The notes under the pieces: model-generated
What the model was told of the DNA's origin: nothing
Seen by the model: the letters and a program-made list of their open reading frames with translations, nothing else
Database searches by the model: none
Program-made: the position numbers and the translations under genes
In this document: positions 20,046-28,096 of the stretch, one piece after another
How positions within the stretch are numbered: the first letter of the stretch is position 1
Layout: the number at the start of each line of letters is the position of its first letter
DNA from: an uncultured Gammaproteobacteria bacterium
GTDB taxonomy: Bacteria; Pseudomonadota; Gammaproteobacteria; PS1; Pseudothioglobaceae
Assembly: GCA_963989885.1 (NCBI GenBank)
Contig: CAXDLF010000002.1
Span: 2,433 to 66,432, forward strand
DNA length: 64,000 bases
Direction: 5' to 3'

Positions 20046-20846
20046 TTATGTTAAATTCTTTCTATCAAGAGTTTGACCGCCCTTCCAAGACACACCAACT
20101 TGACGGTAATAGCCCTGAATTAGTTCCTCAGGTTCGAGCAAATGAAATTCCTCAACCGGTGAAGAGAACAATTCAAGTTCAAAGGAACCTTTGAAGGTAA
20201 GACCAATCTCGGCATCAAAACCTGACATTGTTACTACTTCATTCAAACTGTCTTTACCATCGCATTCAATTGCCGGCATCCATCGGTTGTGAAGCATTGG
20301 TAAGGCATTGACAAACCCCGCATGATCTGATTCTGCCTCAATAGTGAACTTGGCTTGAACTAAGCGATGATCATAAGCAGCTAGAGTAGCCCCAAAAACA
20401 CCTCCAGGCGCAAGTCGAGGCCCTGCTTTTCCTACAGTTGTCGACCTTGTCAAATGAATGGAGCCAATTTTTTTCGGATATCCCTGAAATTGACCACGAG
20501 CAGCAGAAAAATCCTTGTCCACCCAAATATATATACAACGTGAGTAGGTTTTTCCTTTATATTTACAACGAACAACAAAGAACACCTCTTTATATTGGGC
20601 ACGAACAGGGTCTAATAATTCGTTAAAGTTATCGCTACAACTTTGCCAATCTGCCCAGATAACAGCGACAGCTCCGGGATCTTCTTCAGCCAACTCAATT
20701 CCATCTGGCAAGAGTTCTTCTACACGGTCAGGATTAGTTCGATATTCTAAGGTTAATAAGTCTCCCGAATAGTGCCAAGGTACATTGGGAATTAATGAAG
20801 AATTACCAGTGTGAGTTCTAGGAAAAAGAAAACCATTTAAAGACAT
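20046..20846 (-). CDS. Acetoacetate decarboxylase (ADC) family enzyme
   Basis: ADC-family pattern PWHYSGDLLTLEYRTNPDRVEELLP and adjacent lysines in GYPKK, matching the Lys115/Lys116 pair of clostridial ADC (from memory). The ATG at 20846 is preferred over the TTG at 20912. Confidence 0.75.
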   Translation of the reverse strand: MSLNGFLFPRTHTGNSSLIPNVPWHYSGDLLTLEYRTNPDRVEELLPDGIELAEEDPGAVAVIWADWQSCSDNFNELLDPVRAQYKEVFFVVRCKYKGKTYSRCIYIWVDKDFSAARGQFQGYPKKIGSIHLTRSTTVGKAGPRLAPGGVFGATLAAYDHRLVQAKFTIEAESDHAGFVNALPMLHNRWMPAIECDGKDSLNEVVTMSGFDAEIGLTFKGSFELELFSSPVEEFHLLEPEELIQGYYRQVGVSWKGGQTLDRKNLT

Positions 20847-20886
20847 ATATTCAACTATTTCAATTAATGTTATAAATATATGATAC

Positions 20887-20902
20887 CATTCGGGAGCGAA
20901 TG
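20887..20902. promoter_or_regulatory. Candidate operator CATTCG-GGAG-CGAATG (TTCG-N4-CGAA class) in the divergent ADC-marR / FAH-P450 control region
   Basis: Perfect 6+6 inverted repeat with a 4-nt spacer. It shares arm sequence and spacing with the 14-mers at 27320, 32822 and 35269. It lies 41 nt upstream of the ADC ATG. Confidence 0.5.
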
Positions 20903-21007
20903 AAATTATCAAAATTTAAATATACACCTTTGAAATTAAGTCATAATTCATAAATCATCGTATATAATATATAATCATTCGTACCCAAACGAAATATAGG
21001 ATTAAGT

Positions 21008-21898
21008 ATGCCAACCAAAGAATATCGGAAAATACTATTAAATGGAGAATCGGTTCAAGTTACTGTAGAGGGAGATGAACTGGTTACTAAAGACGGAAAA
21101 ATTGTTGACATCGAAGAAGCGCATCATCTGCCACCAACTCAACCCTCGAAGATTATTTGTGTTCATTTAAACTACGAAAGTCGCGTAAAGGAATATATAA
21201 CCAAGCTACCACCGGCCCCAACATATTTTCACAAACCCATCACTGCACTCAATAGTCACAAAGGTGATGTTGTTAGACCTGAACGCTGCAAATGGCTAAA
21301 CTATGAAGGCGAGATTGCCATAGTTATTGGTCGAAATTGTCGTAATATAAGCCCTGCTGAGGCGGGATCATATATTGAAGGTTATACAATAGCTAATGAT
21401 TACGGTTTGCATGATTTTAGAGATACAGATGCAGGATCAATGCTTAGAGTTAAGGGTTCAGACACTCTGTGTCCAGTCGGACCAGGTTTAGTTACTGGCT
21501 GGAATTTCCATAACAAAGGAATTCGCACAATTGTTAATGGGAAGGTTATGCAAGATGCGAATACTAGCGAGATGGAGTGGGATATGCACTACCTTGTCGC
21601 CGATATAGCCCGTAATATTACTTTAACACCCGGAGACCTGCTACTTTCAGGAACACCTGCAAATAGTCGCCCTGTCCAACCAGGTGATGTTGTCGAAGTT
21701 GAGGTAGAAGGTTTAGGTGTTTTATCCAACACAATCGTTAATGGTGTGGCTATTCGTGATGATGTCGGTGCCCAACCTTCTAGCTCTGAAGAAGTTGTTT
21801 CTACTGCTATGGGTGGTGACTGGGAATTTCGTGGACAAAGGGCAGCAGGCGGACAGGGTGCGAAACATTATAAATCCGCCGTAGAAACCAAAAAGTAG
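21008..21898 (+). CDS. Fumarylacetoacetate hydrolase (FAH) family enzyme (HpaG/MhpD-like hydratase, isomerase or decarboxylase) with a C-terminal low-complexity tail
   Basis: KIICVHLNYESR, NYEGEIAIVIGRN, GYTIANDYGLHDF and LLLSGTPANSRPVQPGDVVEVEVEGLGVLSN. About 55 extra C-terminal residues are rich in G/A/S/Q. Confidence 0.85.
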   Translation: MPTKEYRKILLNGESVQVTVEGDELVTKDGKIVDIEEAHHLPPTQPSKIICVHLNYESRVKEYITKLPPAPTYFHKPITALNSHKGDVVRPERCKWLNYEGEIAIVIGRNCRNISPAEAGSYIEGYTIANDYGLHDFRDTDAGSMLRVKGSDTLCPVGPGLVTGWNFHNKGIRTIVNGKVMQDANTSEMEWDMHYLVADIARNITLTPGDLLLSGTPANSRPVQPGDVVEVEVEGLGVLSNTIVNGVAIRDDVGAQPSSSEEVVSTAMGGDWEFRGQRAAGGQGAKHYKSAVETKK

Positions 21899-21924
21899 TT
21901 GAATATTAACCTTCAGAAAAAACA

Positions 21925-23202
21925 ATGATCAAAACAGTCAGCCCAAATAACAATGACGATATAAATGCAGATATTACTAGTCACGATACTTTTGAAAAAG
22001 GCTTCCCACATATGGCATTTAAAAGGATGCGTGATGAAGATCCCTGTGCTTGGATAGTTGAAACCGATGGCGGAAGTGGTTTCTGGGCTGTTACACGATA
22101 CAAGGATATTAAAGAGGTTAATGGTTTACCGAAAATTTTTAGCTCAGCACAGGGTATTCGTCTAGAAGAACAATCGAAAGAAGAATTTGAAGCTCGCAAG
22201 ACTTTCCAAGAAACTGACCCACCAGTCCATACTCGACAACGTATGATGTTCCATCGTGGATTTACTCGTAAACTTATTTCAACTTATGAACCAATGATTC
22301 GTGATATTTGTAACGATATTATTAATAAAGCAGTTGATTTGGGTGAGGTCGATGCTACTAAAGAGATTGCTAGAAAATTACCAATGAGAATGTTAGGTCG
22401 CGTTGTTGGAACTCCTGATGAGGATGCCGAGTGGCTAGTTTCAAGAGGTGACTCAATGATTGCTAACAGTGATCCAGATTTTACTGACTATGTTATCGAC
22501 AAGGTTGATACAGATGAATATCGATTTTTACCTTTTCGTTCCCCTGCTGGCAAGGAAATTTATGATTACGGAGAAAAACAAAGGAGACTTCGTGAAGATC
22601 ATGATATGGGTGATGTGATGTCAATGTTATTGCAACCAAACAAGCAGGGAGACAGACTTTCAGACCTCGAATTTAAAAACTTCTTTGCGCTCATGGTGGC
22701 TGCAGGAAATGATACAACGCGGTATTCGATGGCTTTTTCAATGCATGCTATAGCTAATAATCCTTATATTTTTGACTGTCTAAAATCCGCACCTGATGAT
22801 GCGCCGGTTTGGGCTAGCGCTACCGAAGAGTTTATCAGATGGGCTTCACCAACTATGCACTTTAGACGCACCGCAACAGAGGATTATAAACTTCATGGAA
22901 AGCAGATCAGAAAGGGAGAAAAAGTCGCCATTTGGTTTACTTCTGGAAATTACGATGAGCGAAAGTTTCCGGACCCATTCAATCTTATTTTAGAGAGAGA
23001 AAATAATCAACATATTGCTTTTGGTCAGGGCGGTCCTCATGCATGCTTGGGTATGTGGCTTGCACGATTGGAAGTTCGTGTGGCTATGCAGGAACTCCTT
23101 AAAAGGGTTTCGAAAATTGAGCAAATTGGTCCCGAAAAATACTTGCGCTCCAATTTTATTCGGGGAATAAAAAACTTGCCTGTTAAGTTAACATCGGCAT
23201 AA
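21925..23202 (+). CDS. Cytochrome P450 (class I, ferredoxin-dependent)
   Basis: I-helix AAGNDTTR, ExxR (EEFIRW) and heme-thiolate loop FGQGGPHACLG. Length 425 aa. Confidence 0.95.
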   Translation: MIKTVSPNNNDDINADITSHDTFEKGFPHMAFKRMRDEDPCAWIVETDGGSGFWAVTRYKDIKEVNGLPKIFSSAQGIRLEEQSKEEFEARKTFQETDPPVHTRQRMMFHRGFTRKLISTYEPMIRDICNDIINKAVDLGEVDATKEIARKLPMRMLGRVVGTPDEDAEWLVSRGDSMIANSDPDFTDYVIDKVDTDEYRFLPFRSPAGKEIYDYGEKQRRLREDHDMGDVMSMLLQPNKQGDRLSDLEFKNFFALMVAAGNDTTRYSMAFSMHAIANNPYIFDCLKSAPDDAPVWASATEEFIRWASPTMHFRRTATEDYKLHGKQIRKGEKVAIWFTSGNYDERKFPDPFNLILERENNQHIAFGQGGPHACLGMWLARLEVRVAMQELLKRVSKIEQIGPEKYLRSNFIRGIKNLPVKLTSA

Positions 23203-23233
23203 TATGGGATTAAATAATTAATTAAGGAGAATC

Positions 23234-24520
23234 ATGAAAGATTACAGAAGAGTTCGAGTGCTATTCTCAGATCATTTGGGTTTGGCGAGAGGAAAATATC
23301 AACCCATAAATACTGCAACTGGTGGTGAGGCAAGGTTTTGTATTAGCCTTTACGGCCTTACCTATGACAAGCAGTTATTACCAGTACCTGGTAGCGGTTT
23401 ACTTGATGGCTTGCCTGATGTAGTTGCTAAATTCAAAGAAAAAGACGTTCGCCCCTCCTGGGAGGCTGATACGGGTGTCGTTATACCGGATATTGAATTT
23501 AAGGGAAAACCTTTGGCACATTGTGGACGCAATGTATTGAAAAAGACAATAGCTCAGCTTGAAGGAATGGGTTTAACACCATATGTCGGAATCGAATTAG
23601 AAGCCTATGTTTTTCAAAAAGATAGTTCCGGCAACTGGGTTCCATACAACACTCCAGGAGCATATGTCTATGGTACTGGTTCAACGGTTGATCCTGCGGG
23701 TCTGATTGACGAAGTTTGGGAACAAGCTGAAGCTTGCGGTATTGAGCTAGAATCATTCAATTCAGAGTTTGATTCACCGCAATTTGAATTGACTCTAAAG
23801 TATGACATGGCTCTGGAAGCGGTTGATCAGATATTTCTATTCAAAGTCATGGCAAAAGAGATTTTTGAACAGAATGGCTACTTATTAAGTTTTATGCCAA
23901 AACCTTTATCGAAAACTGGTGGCAGTGGAATGCATGTTAATTTTAGTTTCAATAATAAAAAAGGCAATAATGCCATTTATGATAAGTCTTCCAAAGATGG
24001 CTTGTCTGATATTGCAAAAAAGGCTATTTCTGGTCTTGTAAAACACCATGAAGGTATGTCAGCTTTACTTGCGCCAACAGTTAATTCTTATCGAAGATTG
24101 TTGCCTGCAAGTCTTTCAGGATATTGGGCAAATTGGGGTTACGACCATCGAGGAGTGACAACAAGAATACCTGATGAACGTGGCGCAGGCACAAGAATTG
24201 AATTTAGAATGGCTGATTGTGCTGCTAATCCATATACTGCAGTTGCAACAGTTCTTCAAGCTGCTAAGTTGGGTATAGAGAATAATTATGAATTGCCTGA
24301 CGCAGAAACTCTAGACTGCCTTGAATCTCAAAGCACAGATAGACATGTTCCAGACAACTTGGCTCTTGCCTTGGAGGCTTTAAATGCTGATAAAGTTCTA
24401 TGTCAAGCGGTAGGCCAAGAGCTGGTAGATAATCATACTGCTATCAAGGAGCAAGAGTGGCAAGATTATGCTGCTCATACAACAGACTGGGAATTTGATC
24501 AATACCTGAAATATATCTAG
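23234..24520 (+). CDS. Glutamine-synthetase-like gamma-glutamyl-amine ligase (GmaS/IpuC/PuuA-type)
   Basis: GS catalytic-domain motifs GSGMHVNFS and NSYRRL, plus RIEFRMADCAANPY. Length 428 aa. Strong AAGGAG RBS. Confidence 0.85.
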   Translation: MKDYRRVRVLFSDHLGLARGKYQPINTATGGEARFCISLYGLTYDKQLLPVPGSGLLDGLPDVVAKFKEKDVRPSWEADTGVVIPDIEFKGKPLAHCGRNVLKKTIAQLEGMGLTPYVGIELEAYVFQKDSSGNWVPYNTPGAYVYGTGSTVDPAGLIDEVWEQAEACGIELESFNSEFDSPQFELTLKYDMALEAVDQIFLFKVMAKEIFEQNGYLLSFMPKPLSKTGGSGMHVNFSFNNKKGNNAIYDKSSKDGLSDIAKKAISGLVKHHEGMSALLAPTVNSYRRLLPASLSGYWANWGYDHRGVTTRIPDERGAGTRIEFRMADCAANPYTAVATVLQAAKLGIENNYELPDAETLDCLESQSTDRHVPDNLALALEALNADKVLCQAVGQELVDNHTAIKEQEWQDYAAHTTDWEFDQYLKYI

Positions 24521-24529
24521 GATTGGGTG

Positions 24530-25993
24530 ATGTCAAATAGAATTTCCATAAAAGGTGTCAAGGTTTCTACAGATCACTATATTAATGGAAAGCGAGTTTC
24601 GTCCGATAAAAAATTTAGCGTCATCAATCCAAATAATCCTAGCGAGATTCTCGCTGAAGTGTCAAGAGGTGATGCAAAAATAGCTAAACTCGCAGTTTCT
24701 GCTGCTCGAGAAGGATTTAATGTTTGGTCAGAAATGAGTGTTGAGGAGCGTGCATTGATTATGCACAGGCTAGCCGATCTTATCGAGTCTAATATTGACG
24801 ATATTTCCCTTATTGAGTGCTTAGATATGGGTATGCGCCATGAAAGTCTAAGAAACCGAGTCATTCCACGGGGTGCTAGAAATTTTCGTTCGTATGCAGA
24901 TATTGCTAAAGAATATAAACCAAGGAAATGGCATTCAAATACTACCAAGAATGAAATCCAACGTATGCCTAGCGGGATTAGCGTCATTATTACTCCTTGG
25001 AACGCTCCATTTATGTTGTCTACATGGAAGTGTGCGCCCGCCCTCGCTGCAGGCAATAGTGTGATTTTGAAGCCAGCTGAATGGTCACCATTATCAGCAT
25101 CATTGTTGGCTGATTTGATTGATGAAGCATGTTTTCCAGCTGGAGTCTTTAATATTGTCCAAGGCATTGGTGAAGAAGTTGGAGCGTTGCTAGTATCAAA
25201 CCCAAATGTGAATCGTGTTTCATTTACTGGCTCCCCTGAGGCGGCACGCCATATCGGTAAATCGGCCGCTGAAAATATCACCCCATTCACTGGTGAGTTG
25301 GGTGGAAAAAGTCCATTAATCATCTTTCCAGATGCGGATCTAGAATCGGCTGTTGCAAAGGCAGTAGGACAGTTTGATGACTCCGGTCAGATTTGTCTTG
25401 CAGGAACTAGATTATTGGTACATTCATCCATAAAAAATGAATTTTTAAATCGCTTCTTAGAACTGACTGCCGAACAAAAATTAGGTGCAAGTTTTGATGA
25501 CGAAACTGAAATTACCCCGATGATCCATCCAGAACATCTTCAAAGTGTTGCTGGCTTTGTTGACCGAGCTAGAATCAATGGAGACAAGATTCTGTGCGGT
25601 GGAAAGGTTTTTAAAAATGGCAAATTGTGGTATGAGCCAACTTTAATTGAACCTGTTTCTAATCAATCTGAAGTGGTTCAAAAAGAAATTTTTGGTCCAG
25701 TTTTGACACTTCAAACATTCGACACTGAATCAGAAGCGATTGAATTGGCAAACAGTACAGAATACGGCCTTGCCGGAATGCTCTATACCAAGAATCGTGA
25801 CATCGCTGAACGAGTTGGACGAGCAATTCGTGCAGGCACGGTTTGGGTTAACTGTTTTCTTATTCGTGACCTGACAGCACCATTTGGTGGTTTTGGAATT
25901 AGTGGTATTGGTCGAGAAGGTGGTGATTATGGAATTGATTTTCATAGTGACTTAAAAACCTTTCAAATACTTGATGATTCTTTATCTGAATAG
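24530..25993 (+). CDS. NAD(P)-dependent aldehyde dehydrogenase (resembles the hydroxymuconic-semialdehyde DH / ALDH8 group)
   Basis: FTGELGGKSP with the catalytic Glu, catalytic Cys in GQICLAGTR, and the EIFGPV motif. IPRGARNFRSYA resembles the HMSADH-type motif (from memory). The GTG at 24527 is an alternative start. Confidence 0.9.
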   Translation: MSNRISIKGVKVSTDHYINGKRVSSDKKFSVINPNNPSEILAEVSRGDAKIAKLAVSAAREGFNVWSEMSVEERALIMHRLADLIESNIDDISLIECLDMGMRHESLRNRVIPRGARNFRSYADIAKEYKPRKWHSNTTKNEIQRMPSGISVIITPWNAPFMLSTWKCAPALAAGNSVILKPAEWSPLSASLLADLIDEACFPAGVFNIVQGIGEEVGALLVSNPNVNRVSFTGSPEAARHIGKSAAENITPFTGELGGKSPLIIFPDADLESAVAKAVGQFDDSGQICLAGTRLLVHSSIKNEFLNRFLELTAEQKLGASFDDETEITPMIHPEHLQSVAGFVDRARINGDKILCGGKVFKNGKLWYEPTLIEPVSNQSEVVQKEIFGPVLTLQTFDTESEAIELANSTEYGLAGMLYTKNRDIAERVGRAIRAGTVWVNCFLIRDLTAPFGGFGISGIGREGGDYGIDFHSDLKTFQILDDSLSE

Positions 25994-26020
25994 TATTTTT
26001 ATTTTATTAGGATGCAGTAA

Positions 26021-26350
26021 ATGACAACCGTCAAATATATATTAGAAGATGACTCTGAAGTCCTGATTGAAGCAGATGTAGGGCAAAATTTAATGCAATT
26101 GGCCCTTGATAATAATCTTGATGGTATTGAGGGCGCCTGTGGTGGTTCCTGTATGTGCGGCACTTGCCATGTTCTAATTGAATCGGTTAAAGGAAAACAG
26201 CTTAAAGAAAGAGATGAAATGGAAACAATAATAATAGAAATGGAAATCGATGAGCTTGCTCCTCCTAATAGTCGCTTGGGATGTCAGATTACTATAGATG
26301 AAGGGATGGAGTCAATCACGGCACGTATTGCCAATCTTAGTAATTTCTAA
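26021..26350 (+). CDS. Adrenodoxin/putidaredoxin-type 2Fe-2S ferredoxin
   Basis: Cys pattern C-x5-C-x2-C (GACGGSCMCGTCHV) plus a distal SRLGCQI. It is 109 aa, acidic, and the last gene of the P450 operon. Confidence 0.9.
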   Translation: MTTVKYILEDDSEVLIEADVGQNLMQLALDNNLDGIEGACGGSCMCGTCHVLIESVKGKQLKERDEMETIIIEMEIDELAPPNSRLGCQITIDEGMESITARIANLSNF

Positions 26351-26365
26351 TATCTGGTGTAATAT

Positions 26366-27238
26366 TTAAGTCCAGCCCTCAACAGGTTGGTCAAACCAAA
26401 GATGGACTTGACCGGTTCCTGTGGCGTTTTCGTAGTCACCAAACTGACGGCCTTTGGCTCGACAATTCACTCCACCAATCGCCTCTGCCATAATTAAGTA
26501 GTGTCCAAATTTACCTTCTGGAGCGTATTTTTTATATTCATCCATTCCCTCAAATACAGAACGATGGTCACCTTTTTTTAACCAAGCAATTCTCTTCTCA
26601 TCGGCCTTCCTTGCTTCTGGTGTAATGACGTGAATAGGGTCAGATGCTTCATGTTTCTCGAGCTCATCAAGTGGCCAAAACCTATGACTTAATCCTCCAC
26701 TTGCTAATAGTACTACACGCTTATCAAATTGCTCTATTGCTTCTTTCAAGCCCCTACCAACCTCCATAAAATGCTCTTTCTTAGCTGTACCACAAATACT
26801 CATTGAAAGCCACTGTTCATTACCTTGGAGATACTCAAGTAAATTAACAGTGGGATAATGTATTGGTAGGTGTTCATTGTCGTTGGCAGAGCAACGCACA
26901 CCATTTTCATTGACACGTTCTACAATATTATTTGCTAATTCAGGATTACCAGTTATATCGAATGGAATGCTGTTCATAGTCCGAGGTAACTCCTCCGATG
27001 TATAAAAACCTCGACGCCTTTGATGACTCGTGACAATGAATTCAACGATCGTAAACCAATGAGTATCAATAACAATAACAACATCGGGATTAAGTGGTTC
27101 TAAGATTTCACGTCGCATGTCTTGAAGACCGGTCACTAATGAGATTTCTTTGCCATCATTTAGAGCATATCGTTGCTCTTTAGACATCATAATTGTTGGT
27201 ACATGAGATACCAATCCAACCCCTACTATTTCACCCAA
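26366..27238 (-). CDS. Class III extradiol ring-cleavage dioxygenase (LigB family catalytic subunit)
   Basis: VGLVSHVPTIM N-terminus, DTHWF and SGGLSHRF (His-containing LigB motifs). The TTG start at 27238 is preceded by GGAG at 7 nt. The ORF-track ATG at 27271 adds a hydrophobic, non-conserved extension. Confidence 0.8.
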   Translation of the reverse strand: MGEIVGVGLVSHVPTIMMSKEQRYALNDGKEISLVTGLQDMRREILEPLNPDVVIVIDTHWFTIVEFIVTSHQRRRGFYTSEELPRTMNSIPFDITGNPELANNIVERVNENGVRCSANDNEHLPIHYPTVNLLEYLQGNEQWLSMSICGTAKKEHFMEVGRGLKEAIEQFDKRVVLLASGGLSHRFWPLDELEKHEASDPIHVITPEARKADEKRIAWLKKGDHRSVFEGMDEYKKYAPEGKFGHYLIMAEAIGGVNCRAKGRQFGDYENATGTGQVHLWFDQPVEGWT

Positions 27239-27319
27239 ATTTATTCTCCAAAAAAAAATCCAAAAAAACATTCTAACTACATCAACTTACTTCAACAAGG
27301 AATCAAAGAGCAAAAATTT

Positions 27320-27333
27320 GTTCGTATACGAAC
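27320..27333. promoter_or_regulatory. Candidate operator GTTCGTATACGAAC (perfect 14-bp palindrome) upstream of the LigB-type dioxygenase gene
   Basis: Perfect palindrome, identical to the 14-mer at 35269-35282. It lies 10 nt downstream of a candidate -10 element and 82 nt upstream of the TTG start. Confidence 0.6.
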
Positions 27334-27343
27334 GTTTTTAATC

Positions 27344-27372
27344 AATATACTATAACCTCAACTTTGAGTCAA
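27344..27372 (-). promoter_or_regulatory. Candidate sigma70 promoter of the dioxygenase gene (TTGACT-17 nt-TATATT on the minus strand)
   Basis: The reverse complement of 27367-27372 is TTGACT and that of 27344-27349 is TATATT. The spacer is exactly 17 nt. Confidence 0.45.
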
Positions 27373-27376
27373 GAAA

Positions 27377-28096
27377 CTAAGAGCAAAAAAACTCCATAAT
27401 CCACTGAGCCCAAATACTGGAATCAGATTTACCATTTTCAATACGTAGCCTAGCTTTTTGAAGTTCTTTTTCGGTTAACACTTTTTTAGTAACTTCAAGA
27501 AAGTTATACATTGCGCGTTTTGGTTGTTCTGGATGTCCCTGAAGACAAGCGATATTTTTACCAAGAGTATAGGCAAAGTCTGGATAGTCTTCAGTGCGAG
27601 CAAAACTTATTGCACTATCAGGTAATTTAGTCACCCTCTCTTTATTAAAATGATACAGGTCGGTAGTGTCTAATTTATTTTTCATCCAAGGAAATTTTTT
27701 ATTGATTTCTAGGGGGAAGCTCCCTATCATCCAGCCTTTTTCATTATTACCAACAACACCGCCAAAATGCTCTGCAATGAGTTGATGACCAAAACACACT
27801 CCAACGATCGGTTTATTTTTATTGTCTGCATGGCCCACAAATTCCGAAAGCATTTTTATCCAATCATAATTATCGTGAACACTAACTGGACTTCCTGTCA
27901 ATAAGTAGCCATCGTAACTCTCAATAATTTCAGGAAACTCGTATTCCGACACATAAAAAATATCAAATTTTGCATTGTCGTTTTCAGGCGCTAGCAAGTC
28001 AACAAATTTCTGACCGTCAGTAACACCATTATCATCACGCCAATGAAATTTCGGCACAGAATCAAGTATTGCAATTTTGATTGGCTGTTCGTTCAT
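27377..28096 (-). CDS. Class I glutamine amidotransferase-like protein (stand-alone; probable gamma-glutamyl-amide hydrolase)
   Basis: Nucleophile elbow GVCFGHQ and His-Glu in LQGHPE. Length 239 aa. Its ATG directly abuts the sulfatase TAG (TAGATG). Confidence 0.8.
   Translation of the reverse strand: MNEQPIKIAILDSVPKFHWRDDNGVTDGQKFVDLLAPENDNAKFDIFYVSEYEFPEIIESYDGYLLTGSPVSVHDNYDWIKMLSEFVGHADNKNKPIVGVCFGHQLIAEHFGGVVGNNEKGWMIGSFPLEINKKFPWMKNKLDTTDLYHFNKERVTKLPDSAISFARTEDYPDFAYTLGKNIACLQGHPEQPKRAMYNFLEVTKKVLTEKELQKARLRIENGKSDSSIWAQWIMEFFCS

Noticed and set aside
20847-20912. TTG-initiated 22-codon extension of the ADC-family gene.
   Set aside because: It uses a rare start codon, has no well-spaced RBS, and would place the CATTCGGGAGCGAATG palindrome inside coding sequence. 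The ATG at 20846 gives a normal ADC-family N-terminus. This call is not certain.
20977-20995. CATTCG-TACCCAAA-CGAAAT just upstream of the FAH gene as a fifth operator.
   Set aside because: It shares the TTCG/CGAA arms but has an 8-nt rather than a 4-nt spacer and an imperfect outer arm. It could be a half-site or a variant site, but it is too weak to count with the other four.
24577-25323. 248-aa minus-strand ORF inside the aldehyde dehydrogenase gene. Similar cases are 49797..50276 (-) inside gabD, 57726..58094 (+) inside ltaE, 36325..36603 (-) out of frame within murD, and 7989..8294 (-) inside xseA.
   Set aside because: These are shadow ORFs, mostly antisense, lying inside strongly supported genes. 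Their translations are low-complexity (rich in S/P/A/I) with no recognisable motifs.
27239-27271. ATG-initiated extension (MFFWIFFWRIN) of the LigB-type dioxygenase.
   Set aside because: The extension is hydrophobic and non-conserved. A GGAG RBS sits 7 nt before the TTG at 27238, which gives the family-typical N-terminus.
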